A stretch of DNA of 64,000 nt from Felixounavirus LF82P2, in sequence record OZ035741.1; one strand, 5' to 3'. Below, piece after piece: positions 48,373 through 58,265 of this stretch; position 1 is the first letter of the stretch; the number at the start of each line of letters is the position of its first letter. A program made the translations under genes and the position numbers. Under the pieces are notes generated by a model. The model was not told the origin of the DNA and searched no databases. It saw only the letters and a program-made list of their open reading frames with translations.

Positions 48373-48775
48373 CCTCTGAAACTAAAAATGTAATACCACA
48401 TAAGTGTCTGTAACGACTATCATACTCGAATATCTTAAACAGATATTTACCATCATGATAAACCTGTTGCACTTCACCTTCTGCAACAATCTCGCCTGTA
48501 ATAAAATTTTTTAGTTTATACACATTACCAACCTTAGGTACTGTTTTCATCTCAGGCTCTTTTAGTGCTACGCCTATTTTTACATCACCGAGTAAATGAG
48601 AACTCTCAAAAGCTACGTGTTTCATATAGGCTTCTGAGCATTCCCAAATAAAACAATGTACAAGAACCTTAGCAGCATGTCTTGAGCAGTTCAACTTATC
48701 ACAAATTTCTGTGTACATCTCATCTTTAGTAGAATTGTCAAGCATTGCTCTTTGCACTACTTCTTTAATTTTCAT
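48311..48775 (-). CDS. hypothetical protein
   Basis: 154 aa ORF. Confidence 0.4.
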   Translation of the reverse strand: MKIKEVVQRAMLDNSTKDEMYTEICDKLNCSRHAAKVLVHCFIWECSEAYMKHVAFESSHLLGDVKIGVALKEPEMKTVPKVGNVYKLKNFITGEIVAEGEVQQVYHDGKYLFKIFEYDSRYRHLCGITFLVSEDDLIKNNSNKFAVPEYQVLR

Positions 48776-49193
48776 AAGCTCTCCGAATAACCCTATTAAG
48801 CATCTCTAAAGTCAGCTTTCCAGATTCTAAATGTGGCATGATGAGTTTTAAAGCTTTTTCAACATCATTCACAACATCTATTATACCTTCTGCATAGGCT
48901 TCTACAAGGATATCTTTTACGTTTTGTTGGTTACCTTTTTGTGGTATCACTAGACGCATATCAAAATCATTTGCTTGAGGATGGTCACTGCCACGCCAAT
49001 AACCCTCTTTGTTAAAGCTGATGTAGTTACCGTGGTAAAAGTGTATACCATTAACTTTAAACTTTTCCAGTACAAGGCATTGAATGGGGTATTCAGTATA
49101 CCAATCCCTGACTCCTAGAGCCTTCACTGTTGCGATATACTTCTGTGTTTTTGCATCTATGATGTCAAGTTCTCGACCAGCAATGATTTGCAT
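48765..49193 (-). CDS. hypothetical protein
   Basis: 142 aa ORF. Confidence 0.4.
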   Translation of the reverse strand: MQIIAGRELDIIDAKTQKYIATVKALGVRDWYTEYPIQCLVLEKFKVNGIHFYHGNYISFNKEGYWRGSDHPQANDFDMRLVIPQKGNQQNVKDILVEAYAEGIIDVVNDVEKALKLIMPHLESGKLTLEMLNRVIRRAYEN

Positions 49194-49247
49194 ATTCGCT
49201 ACCTTCTAAGTTCTATAAAGGGGCTATCAAGTAACCCCCTCAAGTTA

Positions 49248-49472
49248 CTACTCAGACTTTTCAGTCTTCTTATCGGATTTCTTGCTAGTCTTCTTCTCAG
49301 CTTTCTGCTCAGGTTCCTTCTCAGAAGTTGCCTTGATAACCATATCAAGAAGTTCTGATAAGTCACTCTTCAGAAGCGTTACAGGCTGCTCATTATAGAA
49401 GTTTTTGTCAAGATAAACTTTAAACTCTTCTATAGAAGGAAATCCAAAAATTGGTACAGGTGTCTTAATCAT
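49248..49472 (-). CDS. hypothetical protein
   Basis: 74 aa, Lys/Glu-rich C-terminus. Confidence 0.35.
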   Translation of the reverse strand: MIKTPVPIFGFPSIEEFKVYLDKNFYNEQPVTLLKSDLSELLDMVIKATSEKEPEQKAEKKTSKKSDKKTEKSE

Positions 49473-49548
49473 TACTTAGTCTCTCCATAGGCATCTTTTA
49501 AGATTGCCTTGTTAATCATTTCAGCGATTGCAAAACGAATACATACAG

Positions 49549-50082
49549 CTATAATTGTAGGTTGCATTCTTTACTTACCTCTTCAAGTTTAACCTCAGAG
49601 TCCTTAAGTCGTTTCTTATGAACTCTGAATCTCATTAGTGAGATGATGATACCAACTAAAGGAGCAGTATACAAGTACCAGATATCATGTAGCTTTGCAG
49701 TAATCTGTGTAATGGTCAAGTCTTGAGCTATGTAGCTGATTGCTGATACGGCTAGTAATGTTGCTAAGAAGAAAACCAGTATCATAACAATATTCAGACA
49801 ACCTCTGGCGTGGTATTCATGCTTAATGCACTTATTCTTCTCTTCAACAACCCTGTTGTAGTCATTTGTAAAGTCTCTGTAGAAAGCTTTCAAGTATTCT
49901 TGAGTGTAGCCTTCAAAGCAACCTGTACCGTACCAATAATCACCACCAAAATGTGCTATGATACCAGTATCCCCATTTGGTTTGGTTACTCTTAAAGAAG
50001 TATGGTGGCGAGTATCCTGATAGTCTATCTTATATCTTTCTTCGTAAATCATTTCCCAACCCCTCTCAATCGTTTGTTCCAT
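49549..50082 (-). CDS. hypothetical membrane protein
   Basis: Two hydrophobic helices in C-terminal half. Confidence 0.4.
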   Translation of the reverse strand: MEQTIERGWEMIYEERYKIDYQDTRHHTSLRVTKPNGDTGIIAHFGGDYWYGTGCFEGYTQEYLKAFYRDFTNDYNRVVEEKNKCIKHEYHARGCLNIVMILVFFLATLLAVSAISYIAQDLTITQITAKLHDIWYLYTAPLVGIIISLMRFRVHKKRLKDSEVKLEEVSKECNLQL

Positions 50083-50267
50083 TCAAGGTCAACAAATCTT
50101 TGCAGAACTTTTCCTCTAGGTGTTACACCTTTTAAATCTGCATCGTAACAATGGTAAAAGTCACCTTCAGCGTGCTTACCATAGCATTTTCTTATATTCT
50201 GGCTTCTGCGATACTGTTCTAACAAGGACAGTTTGTAGTAATCTTCAACTGTAGTTAGTTTTTTCAT
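50049..50267 (-). CDS. hypothetical protein
   Basis: 72 aa ORF. Confidence 0.3.
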   Translation of the reverse strand: MKKLTTVEDYYKLSLLEQYRRSQNIRKCYGKHAEGDFYHCYDADLKGVTPRGKVLQRFVDLEWNKRLRGVGK

Positions 50268-50809
50268 TCTTTCACCATAGCATTTCTGAACTGGCGTTGT
50301 GTTTCTCTTGTAATTTCGTTTGGGGTAAACCCTGCTTTTAGCATATCTCTGAAAAGAACTTCTAAGTGGTCCCTCTCAATGATGTAAATAGCATTCTGAA
50401 TAGCTGTTTTACGCTCCTTCAGGTCACTACTAATTTCTTCGCACTTACTGGTAAGTTCTGTATCAACTTTCTTATAGACTGGCATAACATGTGCGTAGCA
50501 ACCTTTATTAGTCTCCATGAAAAATTTAAAAGATTCTTCAGAATCCTTTAGAGCAATCCCTATAAAGTTTTTGTAAGCACCTGTGAAAGATAAGGAATCA
50601 ATCTCAGCAGTTGAGTATACAGTCCCTGCACACAGTCTTGCAGAAGTACTGAATGTGTGGTTTGGTGTTGTGTCAAAGTCTAAGTTCTTCAGTGGTCGGA
50701 AATAAACTGTACCATTGTGTGAGATGTGTGTTACAACAGCCTCAACACTCTTTGAAGGATTCTGTTTAACATACAAAATAATTTTATCGTGTTCTTTCAC
50801 TTTAGCCAT
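50264..50809 (-). CDS. hypothetical protein
   Basis: 181 aa ORF. Confidence 0.4.
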   Translation of the reverse strand: MAKVKEHDKIILYVKQNPSKSVEAVVTHISHNGTVYFRPLKNLDFDTTPNHTFSTSARLCAGTVYSTAEIDSLSFTGAYKNFIGIALKDSEESFKFFMETNKGCYAHVMPVYKKVDTELTSKCEEISSDLKERKTAIQNAIYIIERDHLEVLFRDMLKAGFTPNEITRETQRQFRNAMVKE

Positions 50810-50881
50810 ATCTACTCTCCAGAAACTAAAAAGGGAACTACCTCTCGATAGCTCCCATCATAGTCAATATTGTATACTCGG

Positions 50882-51463
50882 TCAAGAGTATTTTTTAGGC
50901 AGCAATGCACTGCGCTTGTTACTCTCTTCACTCAATAGTGCAATGAAATCATCACTTTTACCTTTCCACGGGCTGAATGAAGGGATATGTTCGCGGATAG
51001 CCTCAATCACTGTTTTAAGTGCTGTGTTCTTCATCCACCAATCAGAATCTGCTGATGCTACCACGTAGTATCCACCGTCATCAGTTAAAATTGGCTCTGA
51101 AATACATGGCGAAATCAAAGTGGTGATGATTGAACCATTGTTCATGTAGTATGTACGCTTAATAACCTTTTCAAGAAGCTTGTGTAGGTCACCAAACAGT
51201 GTGACAAGCTCTTTATGGTCAATGTCTTTTTCGAGGCTTGCTCGATACTTCAATAGTGCAGCATCAACTTCTCTGTCATTGAATTTGAAGTATTGTACTT
51301 CATCAACAAGGCAAACACTGATATTGTTGACATTCATAGTCAACTTACAGACTTTTGCAGGAGAATTGATACTTGGTTGAAAAAGTGCAACACAACCTTC
51401 AATGTTCCCAAAATGTTGGACTAGTGTTACTTGTGGGGTAATATTCTGTTGCTCTTCGGACAT
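50882..51463 (-). CDS. hypothetical protein
   Basis: 193 aa ORF. Confidence 0.4.
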   Translation of the reverse strand: MSEEQQNITPQVTLVQHFGNIEGCVALFQPSINSPAKVCKLTMNVNNISVCLVDEVQYFKFNDREVDAALLKYRASLEKDIDHKELVTLFGDLHKLLEKVIKRTYYMNNGSIITTLISPCISEPILTDDGGYYVVASADSDWWMKNTALKTVIEAIREHIPSFSPWKGKSDDFIALLSEESNKRSALLPKKYS

Positions 51464-51807
51464 TACAGTTTCCTCATTAAATACTTTTTAAGTTGTGTGT
51501 TAGGTTTCTCAAAAACTTCTATAGAAGATATCTTGACAGATTCACCACGCATACCTGTATGTTTGAATATATAGTACTCTAGCATTCCTATATACTTTGC
51601 TGGTAAGTCATGTTTGACATACACCGTTACAGAATCTTCAAATTCAACAACCTTTGTACCATCTTTGTAGTTAAACTCTTTAGGATGATTGTAGTTATCT
51701 ATGTCATACATTAAAAAGAGTCTTTTACGTTGTAAGTCAAGCTTATTTGTTAAAGACTCTTTGATATCTGAGAAGTTTTTGTACACTGTGACATGGAGCT
51801 TACTCAT
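51463..51807 (-). CDS. hypothetical protein
   Basis: 114 aa ORF. Confidence 0.4.
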   Translation of the reverse strand: MSKLHVTVYKNFSDIKESLTNKLDLQRKRLFLMYDIDNYNHPKEFNYKDGTKVVEFEDSVTVYVKHDLPAKYIGMLEYYIFKHTGMRGESVKISSIEVFEKPNTQLKKYLMRKL

Positions 51808-52093
51808 CGTTAAACTCTCTGACGAAGAAATAGTTGACTTTGTTATTACCTACCATAAGGTCAAAGCAGGTATTCTCAAAAGGTTTGTTGTAGGCATCAT
51901 AGGTAGTGTATGTATCAGCTACTTGTTTAGTATTGAGCTTTTTACTTGATGGGTTTAAGAGGCCACCATACAGTTTCTTGATAGCCTCTTCTACAACAGA
52001 CCAGATAATTTCGTCAGTAATTTCTTCGTACAGGTCAAGTTCACGCTCTAGTGAGAAGTCACAAATAGGGAAAACAACCTGTACTTTACTCAT
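51800..52093 (-). CDS. hypothetical protein
   Basis: 97 aa ORF. Confidence 0.35.
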   Translation of the reverse strand: MSKVQVVFPICDFSLERELDLYEEITDEIIWSVVEEAIKKLYGGLLNPSSKKLNTKQVADTYTTYDAYNKPFENTCFDLMVGNNKVNYFFVREFNDE

Positions 52094-52482
52094 TAACGAA
52101 TAACCTGTGAGACTTGAATTGCTTCGGTTACTGACAAGTCACCTACTTTCTCTTCTTTGATAAAAGTGAAGGTAAGTTCAACGGGTTCTTGCTCTTCTTG
52201 CTCAACTGGAATACCGTTAAGCTCATCGCGGATTGATTGAGTTGTCCAGTCTTCTCCACCATCTGGATAATGGATGGCATAAAGAGGAAACTCCATATCA
52301 TACCAGCCAAATACAGGGCAACCATCTTCATCATCTCGCACTCTGCGAAGGGTGCTACCTGAGTCTGTAAAACGAAGACTAATATTACCGTTACACTCAA
52401 AAATTATTGCATCAGCGAGACCAATATCTTCTCGACCATCATGAGCAAAAGTGTCAACTTTTACTTGAATCTCTTTATTCAT
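52093..52482 (-). CDS. hypothetical protein
   Basis: 129 aa ORF. Confidence 0.4.
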   Translation of the reverse strand: MNKEIQVKVDTFAHDGREDIGLADAIIFECNGNISLRFTDSGSTLRRVRDDEDGCPVFGWYDMEFPLYAIHYPDGGEDWTTQSIRDELNGIPVEQEEQEPVELTFTFIKEEKVGDLSVTEAIQVSQVIR

Positions 52483-52873
52483 AAAAACCTCTCTCTGCTT
52501 GTTCGATTTTTGCTCTTAAAGTTTCGCAATGCTGTAAATGGTAGTTAGCTTCTTGTTCATGTGTTGCTAACTGCCTTTCCAGAACAGATTTATAGTAACC
52601 TGCAAGTTGCTCTTTTGTCAATGGGTGCTCTGAAATAATATCAAGTCCACTTTCACCAAGAGGGTTGAATTGTCCATGTTCGTTGACATTGTAAGTCTCA
52701 AACTTGAACAGGCCATTGTTCACAGACTCAATAGGCGACAGTTCAACAAGTTCTACAGTAAACCGTGTATACACCTTGTCGCCTCTTGAAACAACATTGT
52801 TTCCTACAATGCGTACAAGAGAACCATTACGAGTGTATTTAAAAGTTCCAAAGTCACTAGCCCAAAGTTTCAT
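52475..52873 (-). CDS. hypothetical protein
   Basis: 132 aa ORF. Confidence 0.4.
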   Translation of the reverse strand: MKLWASDFGTFKYTRNGSLVRIVGNNVVSRGDKVYTRFTVELVELSPIESVNNGLFKFETYNVNEHGQFNPLGESGLDIISEHPLTKEQLAGYYKSVLERQLATHEQEANYHLQHCETLRAKIEQAERGFYE

Positions 52874-52888
52874 AGTTTTCTCCTTAGA

Positions 52889-52916
52889 AAATAAAAAAGG
52901 CTCCCGAAGGAGCCTA
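52889..52916 (-). terminator. rho-independent terminator (minus strand)
   Basis: Reverse complement AGGCTCC-TTCG-GGAGCCTTTTTTATTTT downstream of lysozyme gene. Confidence 0.5.
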
Positions 52917-52924
52917 TGAAGATA

Positions 52925-53389
52925 TTACTTTGGATATACACTGTCAAGATAAATGTCAGCTTCCATTCTACGTCTGTTTTTCAGGCCGTTTGAAGTGACT
53001 TTCTGACCTTTGACTGTAACCTTGTTCCACCACTGCATAGCCTCTGCACAACCTACCTTATTACCAGCGTTGTGGCGCTTGATAAATGTGGAATCCTGCA
53101 TAGCTGTGATACCAATGTTGTATGTTTCACTTACAAGTGCGTCAAACTCATTCTGAGAAGTTGGAACCTTGATGGCTTTGTTCACTGCTGCAACGAACTT
53201 TTCAACATCTGCGAGAAGATACTGTTCAGCTTGTTCAGCGGTAATCTTCATACCCATCTTAACAGGTTTACCAGCAATACGGATAGTCCCGTACCCAATT
53301 GTTGGGATTCCAGCAGAATCTTCGTAAGCCTCTAGCTTAAGACCTTCAAAGAACTTAATAGCTTCTAAACCTTTTCTTGAGAGTTGCAT
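52925..53389 (-). CDS. lysozyme (T4 e-like, GH24 endolysin)
   Basis: N-terminal LEAIKFFEGLKLEAYEDSAGIPTIGYGT matches catalytic Glu/Asp/Thr region of T4-type lysozymes. Confidence 0.75.
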   Translation of the reverse strand: MQLSRKGLEAIKFFEGLKLEAYEDSAGIPTIGYGTIRIAGKPVKMGMKITAEQAEQYLLADVEKFVAAVNKAIKVPTSQNEFDALVSETYNIGITAMQDSTFIKRHNAGNKVGCAEAMQWWNKVTVKGQKVTSNGLKNRRRMEADIYLDSVYPK

Positions 53390-54522
53390 TATGCCTCCCC
53401 TGCTGGGTTAACAGTAACTGTTGCTGCATTAGATGTTACAGAACCACCTGCACCAGTAACTACACAGGTGTAGCTTCCTGCATCAGCAGCGGTTGCACCT
53501 TCTTTGGTGTAAGTTGCAGTAGTTGCATCGAGGATGTCTTCCTCACCTTTCTTCCACTGGTAACCTGTCGCACCTGTTGCCACAACATTCAGCGTTAAGG
53601 TATCACCTTCAGTGATTTCTTGATTGGTTGGCTGTTGAGTGATTACTGGAAGTGCATTCACAGTTACTACAGCAGCATTAGATTCCACTACACCACCTGC
53701 ACCTGTTACAACGCAAGTGTATGAACCAGCATCTGCTGGCAGCGCACCAGACTTGCTATAGGTAGCATCTGTAGCCGAAGGAATGTCAGAGCCATCTTTC
53801 TTCCACTGGTAGCCTGTTGCACCTGTTGCAGTCACTTCCAAGTTAATGCTTTCACCCTCATTGATGGTCTGGCTAGAAGGTTGCTGTGTAATCACAGGCA
53901 GTGCGTTGACAGTAACTGTTGCCGCATCTGAGGTAACACTTGTCCCAGCCTCTCCAGACACAACACAAGTATAGGAACCAGCATCAGAAGGTGCTACAGA
54001 CTGTTTTGTGTAGGTTGCAGATGTGGCGCTAGTGATATCCTCACCATTCTTTTTCCATTGATATCCAGTGGCATTAGTTGCAATAACGCTTAGGGTAAGT
54101 GTGCCACCTTCATTTACTGTTTGGTTGGTTGGTTGCTGAGTGATTGATGGTGGCTTGATAGCATCCTTCAGCTTAGCATTCAACATTGAGAATGGCTTAA
54201 CTCTTGCCAACCATTCACAATAAACTGTATCAACGTCTTTACCATTGATAATTGCATATTGTAAGTCCATGAAGAAGTCAGAAGTTCTCATTTGAGCGCC
54301 GATGCTGTAAAGCAACTCATCACTAAATGGGACTTTATAGTCGGGTTTGTAGTCAAACTTCTCAACTTCTGCAATATCAGCTTCAGGCCAATATGAACTA
54401 TAGGTAAGTGGTAAAATAGCCTCTTGATATGTTCTAAAATCATATCTCTTACCAGCCTTTACATTTGCAATGAAACCCTTCACAAACTCTTTGAAGTCTG
54501 GGTAAGTCTTTGCTTTAATCAT
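53389..54522 (-). CDS. virion-associated protein with three Ig-like repeats (putative)
   Basis: Three tandem ~90 aa repeats each containing GATGYQWKK..DAGSYTCVV (Ig-like); N-terminal domain paralogous to 54519-54890. Confidence 0.5.
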   Translation of the reverse strand: MIKAKTYPDFKEFVKGFIANVKAGKRYDFRTYQEAILPLTYSSYWPEADIAEVEKFDYKPDYKVPFSDELLYSIGAQMRTSDFFMDLQYAIINGKDVDTVYCEWLARVKPFSMLNAKLKDAIKPPSITQQPTNQTVNEGGTLTLSVIATNATGYQWKKNGEDITSATSATYTKQSVAPSDAGSYTCVVSGEAGTSVTSDAATVTVNALPVITQQPSSQTINEGESINLEVTATGATGYQWKKDGSDIPSATDATYSKSGALPADAGSYTCVVTGAGGVVESNAAVVTVNALPVITQQPTNQEITEGDTLTLNVVATGATGYQWKKGEEDILDATTATYTKEGATAADAGSYTCVVTGAGGSVTSNAATVTVNPAGEA

Positions 54523-54890
54523 TTCTTTTTAGCCTCTAAATGTGCGTTTAGTCTAAAATAACCTTTGTGATGCGGAGATACATCACCAACAACAATACCT
54601 TTAACCTTATAGCCTTTACCAATTACATACTGGATATCCATAAGGAATCTTCCAAGACCAACAATATGGAACATTGGATATAATAGATTCTCAGAATCTG
54701 GAATATTGATTTCAGGTTTGTAGGTGCGTTGTTCGCTTGTTGGTGTAATATCTTCTTCAGGCCATTTACTGAGTCTCCATGTCAAAGGTGTTGGGATAAC
54801 ATCATTAAGGTTGTACCTTTCACCATTTTGCACGGAATTGATATAGGATTGTAGGAAGCAATAAAAGTCTTTTGCACTCTTAGCTTTCAT
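54519..54890 (-). CDS. hypothetical protein, paralog of N-terminal domain of Ig-repeat protein
   Basis: Shares FxxFxxxYIxxVxxGxRY and MDxQYxI motifs with 53389-54522 N-terminus. Confidence 0.4.
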   Translation of the reverse strand: MKAKSAKDFYCFLQSYINSVQNGERYNLNDVIPTPLTWRLSKWPEEDITPTSEQRTYKPEINIPDSENLLYPMFHIVGLGRFLMDIQYVIGKGYKVKGIVVGDVSPHHKGYFRLNAHLEAKKK

Positions 54891-54937
54891 TAAATATCCT
54901 TATAAATAGTTAAAGGGGCATCAGCCCCTATTCACAC

Positions 54938-55528
54938 TTAAGCTTTGGTCTTAAGTAGGTTCTTAAGTTTTTTAAGATTCATACTCTCATCAAACTTAAA
55001 ACCAAATCCATTGACATAATCAATGAACTCGGATTTCTTACTGAGTGACAATGCGTAACTCATATCAAAGTTCTTACTTGTTTCTGCGTCTGGACTAGAG
55101 TTCACATCAAATGAAATTTCTGTAGGCTCTTGCTTACTTTTCCTCATATTATCAACCAACAAACATGTATAGTTTGCTGGATAGAAGTTTACACTACCAT
55201 CAACGTAGCTGTACTTATTATTATGGATAAGGTTGGAAAATACCTTAAGGAATGTTTCTGAGTCGTGGCAAACAAGTTTGAATTGGCTGCTCTCTCCAAG
55301 CGCAACTAATGAGTACGGACTTTCACTATCAAAGTCATAATTTGGATTCGATGCCGTCACTGTTACACGCATCAAGTTATTAGCAATAGTCTTCTGTTTA
55401 AAAGAATTTTGAACATAGTGAAGACCTCTATCACACTGATTGACTAGCTCTTTAAGTAGGTCATTTGCATATGGTGAATTAATTGATACAGAGCCATCAC
55501 TATTGTAATTAAAACTTACTGTTAACAT
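54938..55528 (-). CDS. hypothetical protein
   Basis: 196 aa ORF. Confidence 0.4.
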   Translation of the reverse strand: MLTVSFNYNSDGSVSINSPYANDLLKELVNQCDRGLHYVQNSFKQKTIANNLMRVTVTASNPNYDFDSESPYSLVALGESSQFKLVCHDSETFLKVFSNLIHNNKYSYVDGSVNFYPANYTCLLVDNMRKSKQEPTEISFDVNSSPDAETSKNFDMSYALSLSKKSEFIDYVNGFGFKFDESMNLKKLKNLLKTKA

Positions 55529-55755
55529 TTTTCAGTTCTCCTGCGATTTATGATTTTGCTGCAATAGAGAAACGAAGTAAACTCACTGGAAGAAACCATT
55601 AAGTGTTGTTCACTAGATTGAGCCATTGCCCTGAAATACATTCCAGTCAAAGCATCATAGTGACTATTCTTTCCAATTGAGGTTATATAGCCATGACTCT
55701 TTGCAGTTTGATATAAATCTATAATATCTGCGATTTCTAATTGGGAACTACACAT
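55522..55755 (-). CDS. hypothetical protein
   Basis: 77 aa ORF. Confidence 0.3.
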   Translation of the reverse strand: MCSSQLEIADIIDLYQTAKSHGYITSIGKNSHYDALTGMYFRAMAQSSEQHLMVSSSEFTSFLYCSKIINRRRTEKC

Positions 55756-55919
55756 AGATAATCCTCTTGTCTTCTGTAATTTTGAAAGAACAGGTACAGA
55801 CCAATTTCAGAGGATGAATAGTAGATTGACTCTACCCTTTTTGATTCCTTACAGTGATTGGTATTCTTACCTTTCTTCGGTTTATTTGATTTTCTCATTA
55901 AGTCTCCTTTGTAGAACAA
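55737..55919 (-). CDS. hypothetical protein
   Basis: 60 aa basic ORF. Confidence 0.3.
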   Translation of the reverse strand: MFYKGDLMRKSNKPKKGKNTNHCKESKRVESIYYSSSEIGLYLFFQNYRRQEDYLCVVPN

Positions 55920-56006
55920 GGCAGACCTACAGCTTTAAGTAAGATGGTACAGTAATCCATACAACAAGTCAAGAACTATTGCAAGTTAAAAAAGTTGTTG
56001 ACAAAG

Positions 56007-56040
56007 TACTTGACAAGGTGTAGGCTTATAAATACTTAGA
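56007..56040 (+). promoter_or_regulatory. candidate promoter with conserved ACTTGACAAGGTG box
   Basis: Third copy of 13-mer; in divergent intergenic region before 56148 gene. Confidence 0.4.
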
Positions 56041-56147
56041 AGATTACTTAAAAGGTTCCTCTAAAAAGGCTATTTAAACAGATATCTTTCTGGATATCTA
56101 TCTTTTATCTTAAAAGCCTTTTAAGAGGTCTTATAAGAGGCATACCA

Positions 56148-56519
56148 ATGAAAAACAGAACAAACAAAGGCCAGTTTAAAAAAGGCCAATCTGGAAACCC
56201 ATCTGGAAGACCAAAAGGCTCTCGCAACAAAAGCTCACTTGTAAAAGCTCAACTGACCATTGACAATTCTGCTGAGTTTGCTGCAAAGTTATTTGAAGCG
56301 ATTGTTACAAGGGATGCTGCTAAGCTTGCAGAGTTCGGGTTAAACACAGATGACGTAACCATCAAGAGTATGATTGAGGTCGGTAAAACTATCTTTACTC
56401 ACTCAGCAGGTGAGATGAAAGCACTTGCAGCAGACACTAAGAAGACTCCTGATAATGGTGGTCAACAACAGACAGATAACAAACCAACGTTCTCTGCTGT
56501 AGCGACTCTTAAAAAATAA
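56148..56519 (+). CDS. hypothetical protein with N-terminal GNPSGRPKG motif
   Basis: 123 aa ORF; basic Gly/Pro-rich N-terminus. Confidence 0.4.
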   Translation: MKNRTNKGQFKKGQSGNPSGRPKGSRNKSSLVKAQLTIDNSAEFAAKLFEAIVTRDAAKLAEFGLNTDDVTIKSMIEVGKTIFTHSAGEMKALAADTKKTPDNGGQQQTDNKPTFSAVATLKK

Positions 56520-56600
56520 TTTTAAAAGGTGTTGACAGACTCTATAAAGTTGCTCTAAAGTCTGTCACATCAAACAACAAATGAGAGAAGAGAGTAAAAT

Positions 56601-58016
56601 ATGAGCGAATTATTTAAACATGCGCACCTTCATGCAGGTCGAACTGAAAATGGTGCTGTAAACCATACTTCATCAATGTCTGCTCTTGTAGACTTTTACA
56701 AAGCTGCTGGTTCAAGCCGTAGCAATGTAGAAATCTTACCAGACCTGTTCTACAAAGCTTTGCGTGAGGATGTTGATGTTGCAGTTCGTATTTTACTGCA
56801 TATGCGAGATGTACGAGAAGGTATGGGTGAGCGTAAAGCCTTCAGAACTGTTTTGCTTCAAGCAATTGAAGATAAAGTTTTAGAGCCTACACAGGTTCTT
56901 CGCATTATGGATAAGATTGCAGAACTTGGTCGTTTTGATGACTTCAAAATCTTCGTAGGTACTCGTTTCGAGACAGATGCCTTCAAACATTTAGAAGCAG
57001 CATTACTAGACCCTGCAACAGCAGGTTTGGCAGCTAAGTGGTTACCACGAGTAAAACCACGTCACAAACAGTTTGTAAAACGTTTCTGCAAGTTTGCAAA
57101 CTTGAGTGAGAAGGAGTATCGCACACTGTTATCTGCACTGTCTGATACGGTTGAGCAAAAAATCTCTGCTAATGAGTTTGGTAAGATTGACTACAGTAAG
57201 ATTCCTTCACTTGCTGCTGCACGTTACCAAAAACTCTTTAACCGTAAAGATGGAGAACGCTACAAAGCTTACATTGAGTCCTTATCAAAGGGCGAGACTA
57301 AGATTAATGCTGGTGCTGTTTATCCATACGATGTGATTAAATCTGTTAAGTATGGTAATGCAGATGTTGCTAATGAGCAGTGGAAAGCACTACCAAACTG
57401 GATGGCAGAGGGTGAAAACATTCTATGTATGTCTGATGTTTCAAGTTCAATGTCTTGGGTGAATTTTGGTTCAATTACTGCTCTTGATATTGGTGTTTCA
57501 CTTGCATTGTATGTAGCAGAACGTAATACAGGTTGCTTTAAGAATGAGTTGATGGTTTATTCAACAAACCCTCACTTCATTGAACTGAGTGGTGATTTAC
57601 GAAACCGTCATCGTCAGGTGATGCGACACGTTGAATATGGCTCAACTAACTTACAAGCAGCTTTTGACCGTATTCTTGAGACAGGTAAAAGAAACAACTT
57701 GACTCAGAAAGATATGCCAAGTAAGCTTATCATCTTCTCCGATATGGAGTTCAATCAGGTTGATGGAGCTAACGGTCGTACAAACTTTGAAGCAATTCAG
57801 AGTAAGTACAAAAAAGCTGGATATGAGATGCCACAACTGGTATTCTGGTACTTAGCAAACCGTAATGGTACTTGCGAAGTATCTGTTAAGGATAACGGTG
57901 TAGCAATGGTATCAGGGTTCTCTCCAGCCACTTTAAAAGCTCTGCTTGGTGGTGAGAAGTTTGACCCAATCAGTGTAATGCTCAAAGCAGTAATGATTGA
58001 CCGTTATATCTGGTAA
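56601..58016 (+). CDS. von Willebrand factor A (vWA) domain protein
   Basis: 471 aa; MIDAS-like DVSSSMS (DxSxS) near residue 280 followed by Rossmann-like pattern; helical N-terminal domain. Confidence 0.4.
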   Translation: MSELFKHAHLHAGRTENGAVNHTSSMSALVDFYKAAGSSRSNVEILPDLFYKALREDVDVAVRILLHMRDVREGMGERKAFRTVLLQAIEDKVLEPTQVLRIMDKIAELGRFDDFKIFVGTRFETDAFKHLEAALLDPATAGLAAKWLPRVKPRHKQFVKRFCKFANLSEKEYRTLLSALSDTVEQKISANEFGKIDYSKIPSLAAARYQKLFNRKDGERYKAYIESLSKGETKINAGAVYPYDVIKSVKYGNADVANEQWKALPNWMAEGENILCMSDVSSSMSWVNFGSITALDIGVSLALYVAERNTGCFKNELMVYSTNPHFIELSGDLRNRHRQVMRHVEYGSTNLQAAFDRILETGKRNNLTQKDMPSKLIIFSDMEFNQVDGANGRTNFEAIQSKYKKAGYEMPQLVFWYLANRNGTCEVSVKDNGVAMVSGFSPATLKALLGGEKFDPISVMLKAVMIDRYIW

Positions 58017-58035
58017 AAAGTTTTAAAAAGGGTAT

Positions 58036-58064
58036 TGACAATGTGTTTAATACCCTTTAATATG
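58036..58064 (+). promoter_or_regulatory. sigma70-like promoter (TTGACA-17-TAATAT) upstream of tRNA cluster
   Basis: Consensus -35 and near-consensus -10. Confidence 0.45.
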
Positions 58065-58171
58065 TTCTACATAGAAGCGAAATGAGAGCTTTTCTAAGAT
58101 ACTGAAAAATATTTTAAAAAAGCTCTTGACAACCACTAAAAAATAATGTTAAAGTGGTTACATAGAGTTTG

Positions 58172-58248
58172 AAAAGTTTATCTCTGTTTAGCTCAGCTTG
58201 GTAGAGCGTTCCGTTTGGGGCGGTAAGGCCGGAGGTTCAAGTCCTCCA
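58172..58248 (+). tRNA. tRNA-Pro (anticodon TGG)
   Basis: 7 bp acceptor stem, T-loop GGTTCAAGTCC, anticodon loop TTTGGGG, encoded CCA. Confidence 0.7.
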
Positions 58249-58265
58249 ACAGAGACCAAATTAAT

